Part shown: positions 51,913 through 54,066 of the stretch, piece by piece | Layout of the letters: each line of letters begins with the position of its first letter | How positions within the stretch are numbered: position 1 is the stretch's first letter | From: Bacillales bacterium | GTDB lineage: Bacteria > Bacillota > Bacilli > JARBTR01 | Reading direction: 5' to 3' | Length of the DNA stretch: 54,066 nucleotides | NCBI GenBank assembly: GCA_031554215.1 | Contig: JAVBKF010000036.1 | Coordinates: forward strand, 1 to 54,066 | Made by a program: the position numbers and the translations under genes | Notes under the pieces: generated by a model | Seen by the model: the letters and a program-made list of their open reading frames with translations, nothing else | What the model was told of the DNA's origin: nothing | Database searches by the model: none

Positions 51913-53406
51913 ATGAAGAAAAAGTCATTTAAAATGCCCTCAGCGTTTACAGTATTATTTCTAATTATTATCTTTGTAGCCGCGCTCACTTGGATAATCC
52001 CAGCTGGTCAGTACCAAACGGATAAAGCTGGTAATATTGATGCTACTTCCTATGAGCAGATTGACCAGCAACCACAAGGTTTGTGGGATGTTGCTACCGC
52101 ACCAATTAACGGGATGATCGGTACTGAAACAACTGATGGCGCGATTAGTGTTTCGCTTTTCATCATTGTCATTGGTGGATTCCTTGGTGTTGTTCAGCGG
52201 ACCGGGGCCATTGATGCCGGTATCGGGGGTGTTGTGAAGAAATCAAAAGGGAAGGAAAAGCGGCTGATTCCAATCCTCATGCTGATCTTTGCTTTAGGTG
52301 GTACAACTTATGGTATGGCTGAGGAGACAATGGCGTTTTATCCGCTCCTAATTCCGGTGATTATTGCCGCTGGGTTCGATACACTGACGGCTGTTTCTAT
52401 TATCTTCCTTGGTGCAGGGGCCGGAACTCTAGCATCAACAGTGAACCCATTTGCTACTGGGGTTGCTTCTCAGTCTTTAGGGATTTCTATTGGTGATGGT
52501 ATTTTCACCCGGTTAATCCTATTCATTCTTTGCGTGGGCATCAGTATTATTTATGTTTACCGCTACGCATCCAAGGTTGAAAAGGACCCGTCGAAATCAT
52601 TGATTGCCGATCAAATGCCAGAGCATAGAAAACATTTCGCTGTGGTAGAAGACGTACCAACGACAACACGTAAACAGAAAATAGTACTTTGGATTTTCTG
52701 CTTATCATTTGTGGTCATGATTACTTCGCTGATTCCGTGGACGCAGCTCAATTCAAGTTGGACCATATTTGAAACGATTAACAGCAACATTAAGGAGATT
52801 CCTTTCCTTGGTGATTTCCTTGGTCAATCATCATTGCCGCTCGGTGATTGGTATTTCACCGAAATTACAATGTTATTCCTTGTCATGTCAATCGTGATTG
52901 GTGTCGTGGCCAGAATGAAGGAGACTGAGATTGTCGATTCTTTCATTGAAGGTGCCAAAGACTTACTAAGTGTTGCACTCATCGTTGGTTTAGCGAGAGG
53001 AATTCAGGTTATTATGAATGATGGTATGATTACCGATTCCGTCTTACACTGGGGTGCAGATGCCCTGAGCGGACTGCAACCAGCGGTATTTAGTGTATTG
53101 ACGTTTGTCTTCTACTTACCAATGTCGTTCTTAATTCCATCGACTTCAGGACTTGCTTCTGCGACAATGCCGATTATTGGCGGGCTTGCACCGTTTGTTG
53201 ATGTACCGCAACATATTGTTGTTACGGCATATCAATCAGCTTCAGGGATTGTCAACCTGATTACACCAACTTCGGCTGTCCTTATGGGTGCTTTGGCTAT
53301 TGCTAAAGTAAACTACGGTACTTGGCTCAAATTCGTTGGAAAGTTGATCGCAATTCTGATCGCGATTAACGTAGTGGTGCTCGTTCTTGCAACGATGATT
53401 AGCTAA
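51913..53406 (+). CDS. YfcC family (DcuC-like) membrane transporter
   Basis: 497 aa polytopic protein. The N-terminus KMPSAFTVLFLIIIFVAALTWIIPAGQY is typical of YfcC-family carriers. Confidence 0.75.
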   Translation: MKKKSFKMPSAFTVLFLIIIFVAALTWIIPAGQYQTDKAGNIDATSYEQIDQQPQGLWDVATAPINGMIGTETTDGAISVSLFIIVIGGFLGVVQRTGAIDAGIGGVVKKSKGKEKRLIPILMLIFALGGTTYGMAEETMAFYPLLIPVIIAAGFDTLTAVSIIFLGAGAGTLASTVNPFATGVASQSLGISIGDGIFTRLILFILCVGISIIYVYRYASKVEKDPSKSLIADQMPEHRKHFAVVEDVPTTTRKQKIVLWIFCLSFVVMITSLIPWTQLNSSWTIFETINSNIKEIPFLGDFLGQSSLPLGDWYFTEITMLFLVMSIVIGVVARMKETEIVDSFIEGAKDLLSVALIVGLARGIQVIMNDGMITDSVLHWGADALSGLQPAVFSVLTFVFYLPMSFLIPSTSGLASATMPIIGGLAPFVDVPQHIVVTAYQSASGIVNLITPTSAVLMGALAIAKVNYGTWLKFVGKLIAILIAINVVVLVLATMIS

Positions 53407-53460
53407 TTGTTTTCAATTTGCTCTTGAGATTAGTTTAAATAAAGCGTGTCCTTTTAGGGC

Positions 53461-53524
53461 GTATTCCCCGGAATTCTTAGTATTTAAATCTGGGGGATAT
53501 TCCGGGATACGTTTTTTTTTTTTT
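53461..53524 (+). terminator. Rho-independent terminator after yfcC
   Basis: A composite hairpin (GTAT..CCGGAAT / ATTCCGG..ATAC) followed by a T13 run (53512-53524). Confidence 0.6.
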
Positions 53525-53757
53525 GTGATAAAAATATCGTGCGATTTTGCATCAAGATGGGGCTCTAAGAGAAACGGGTAGCTTACGCGAAAGACGTTTG
53601 AGTTGTAAGAAAACAACCAAGCGAAGATGTATTACCGCCTAGTTTTTCATGGGCGCGTGAGATATGCTTGATGTTACACTGTCAATTCATAGATAGGCTG
53701 TTTTTTGATGGATAGCCTCAATCTGTTCAGATGTTGGAAACTATTTTCTCGTAATCA

Positions 53758-53804
53758 AGAACGCGGGTTACACGCTGACATCCTCAGCTTGTAACCCGCG
53801 TTCT
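53758..53804. repeat. Perfect 15 bp inverted repeat (hairpin)
   Basis: AGAACGCGGGTTACA (53758-53772) / TGTAACCCGCGTTCT (53790-53804), with a 17 nt loop. Confidence 0.8.
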
Positions 53805-53917
53805 ATGGTTTTGCGATGAACTCGTCATCACTTAGAGCTTGATTCACTCACTATTCTGCATTCATTCAGCCCCTCATGAGGCTGTGACTTTGCCCAGAAG
53901 ATTTCAGCCTGACATGA

Positions 53918-54066
53918 TTAGTTTAATTTCTTGTTCCTCGGTTTTCTAATCATCATCATGAATCCACTGGATATGGTCGATATGATTAACCATGGTGTAC
54001 TGTTGATACTACCTGTTTCAGGCGAAATGATTGATGGTCCTCCGCTATTGGCACCACCGGGGCCAG
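53918..54066 (-). CDS. 3' end of a cell-surface protein with a sortase-type sorting signal (partial, runs off the window)
   Basis: The minus-strand frame reads ...GPGGANSGGPSIISPETGSINSTPWLIISTISSGFMMMIRKPRNKKLN-stop. This is an xPxTG motif, a hydrophobic stretch and a basic tail. Confidence 0.45.
   Translation of the reverse strand, partial: GPGGANSGGPSIISPETGSINSTPWLIISTISSGFMMMIRKPRNKKLN

Noticed and set aside
53413-53616. 67 aa minus-strand ORF after yfcC
   Set aside because: It spans the yfcC terminator hairpin and the T13/A13 run (which encodes KKKK), and it has no SD.

Overview
This 54 kb window is chromosomal DNA from a low-GC Firmicute. Gene content and synteny look Bacillales, and the SD sequences are strong GGAGG-type. 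I found no rRNA, tRNA, CRISPR array or intact mobile element, and most of the window is housekeeping or accessory metabolism. From left to right it contains:
- a CpXC zinc-finger protein
- a yhbD-yhbE-yhbF-like operon (MerR-like DUF4004 protein plus two bactofilins)
- a divergent TetR/RND efflux pair with twin operators
- a 940 bp gene-poor gap holding a frameshifted holin-like toxin
- uppP, a YtvI-like AI-2E transporter, a SEDS (RodA-like) protein, a YlmH-like S4-domain protein and rpsD
- a tandem array of DUF805 membrane proteins (3 intact, 1 decayed)
- asparagine synthase and a degenerate membrane-anchored GH13-like protein
- YajQ and DegV
- a Bce-type peptide-antibiotic module (ABC transporter plus RR/HK) with a 7-4-7 inverted repeat
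- a small accessory island (lipoprotein plus IS30 remnant)
- pgk-tpiA-gpmI-eno without gapA/cggR
- a split mmg/prp cluster (prpBCD divergent from thiolase-hbd-acd-crotonase)
- an MMPL-TetR operon, a lipoprotein, a second acyl-CoA dehydrogenase and pepV-yfcC
- the 3' end of a surface protein with an SPETG-type sorting signal.
I see no clear-cut defence or toxin system. The best candidates for undescribed biology are the DUF805 array, the bactofilin module with its own HTH protein, the decayed type-I-toxin-like locus, the dead GH13 paralogue and several unannotated small ORFs or leaders. Many ORF-track starts are too long, so I re-called them from SD spacing and family knowledge.
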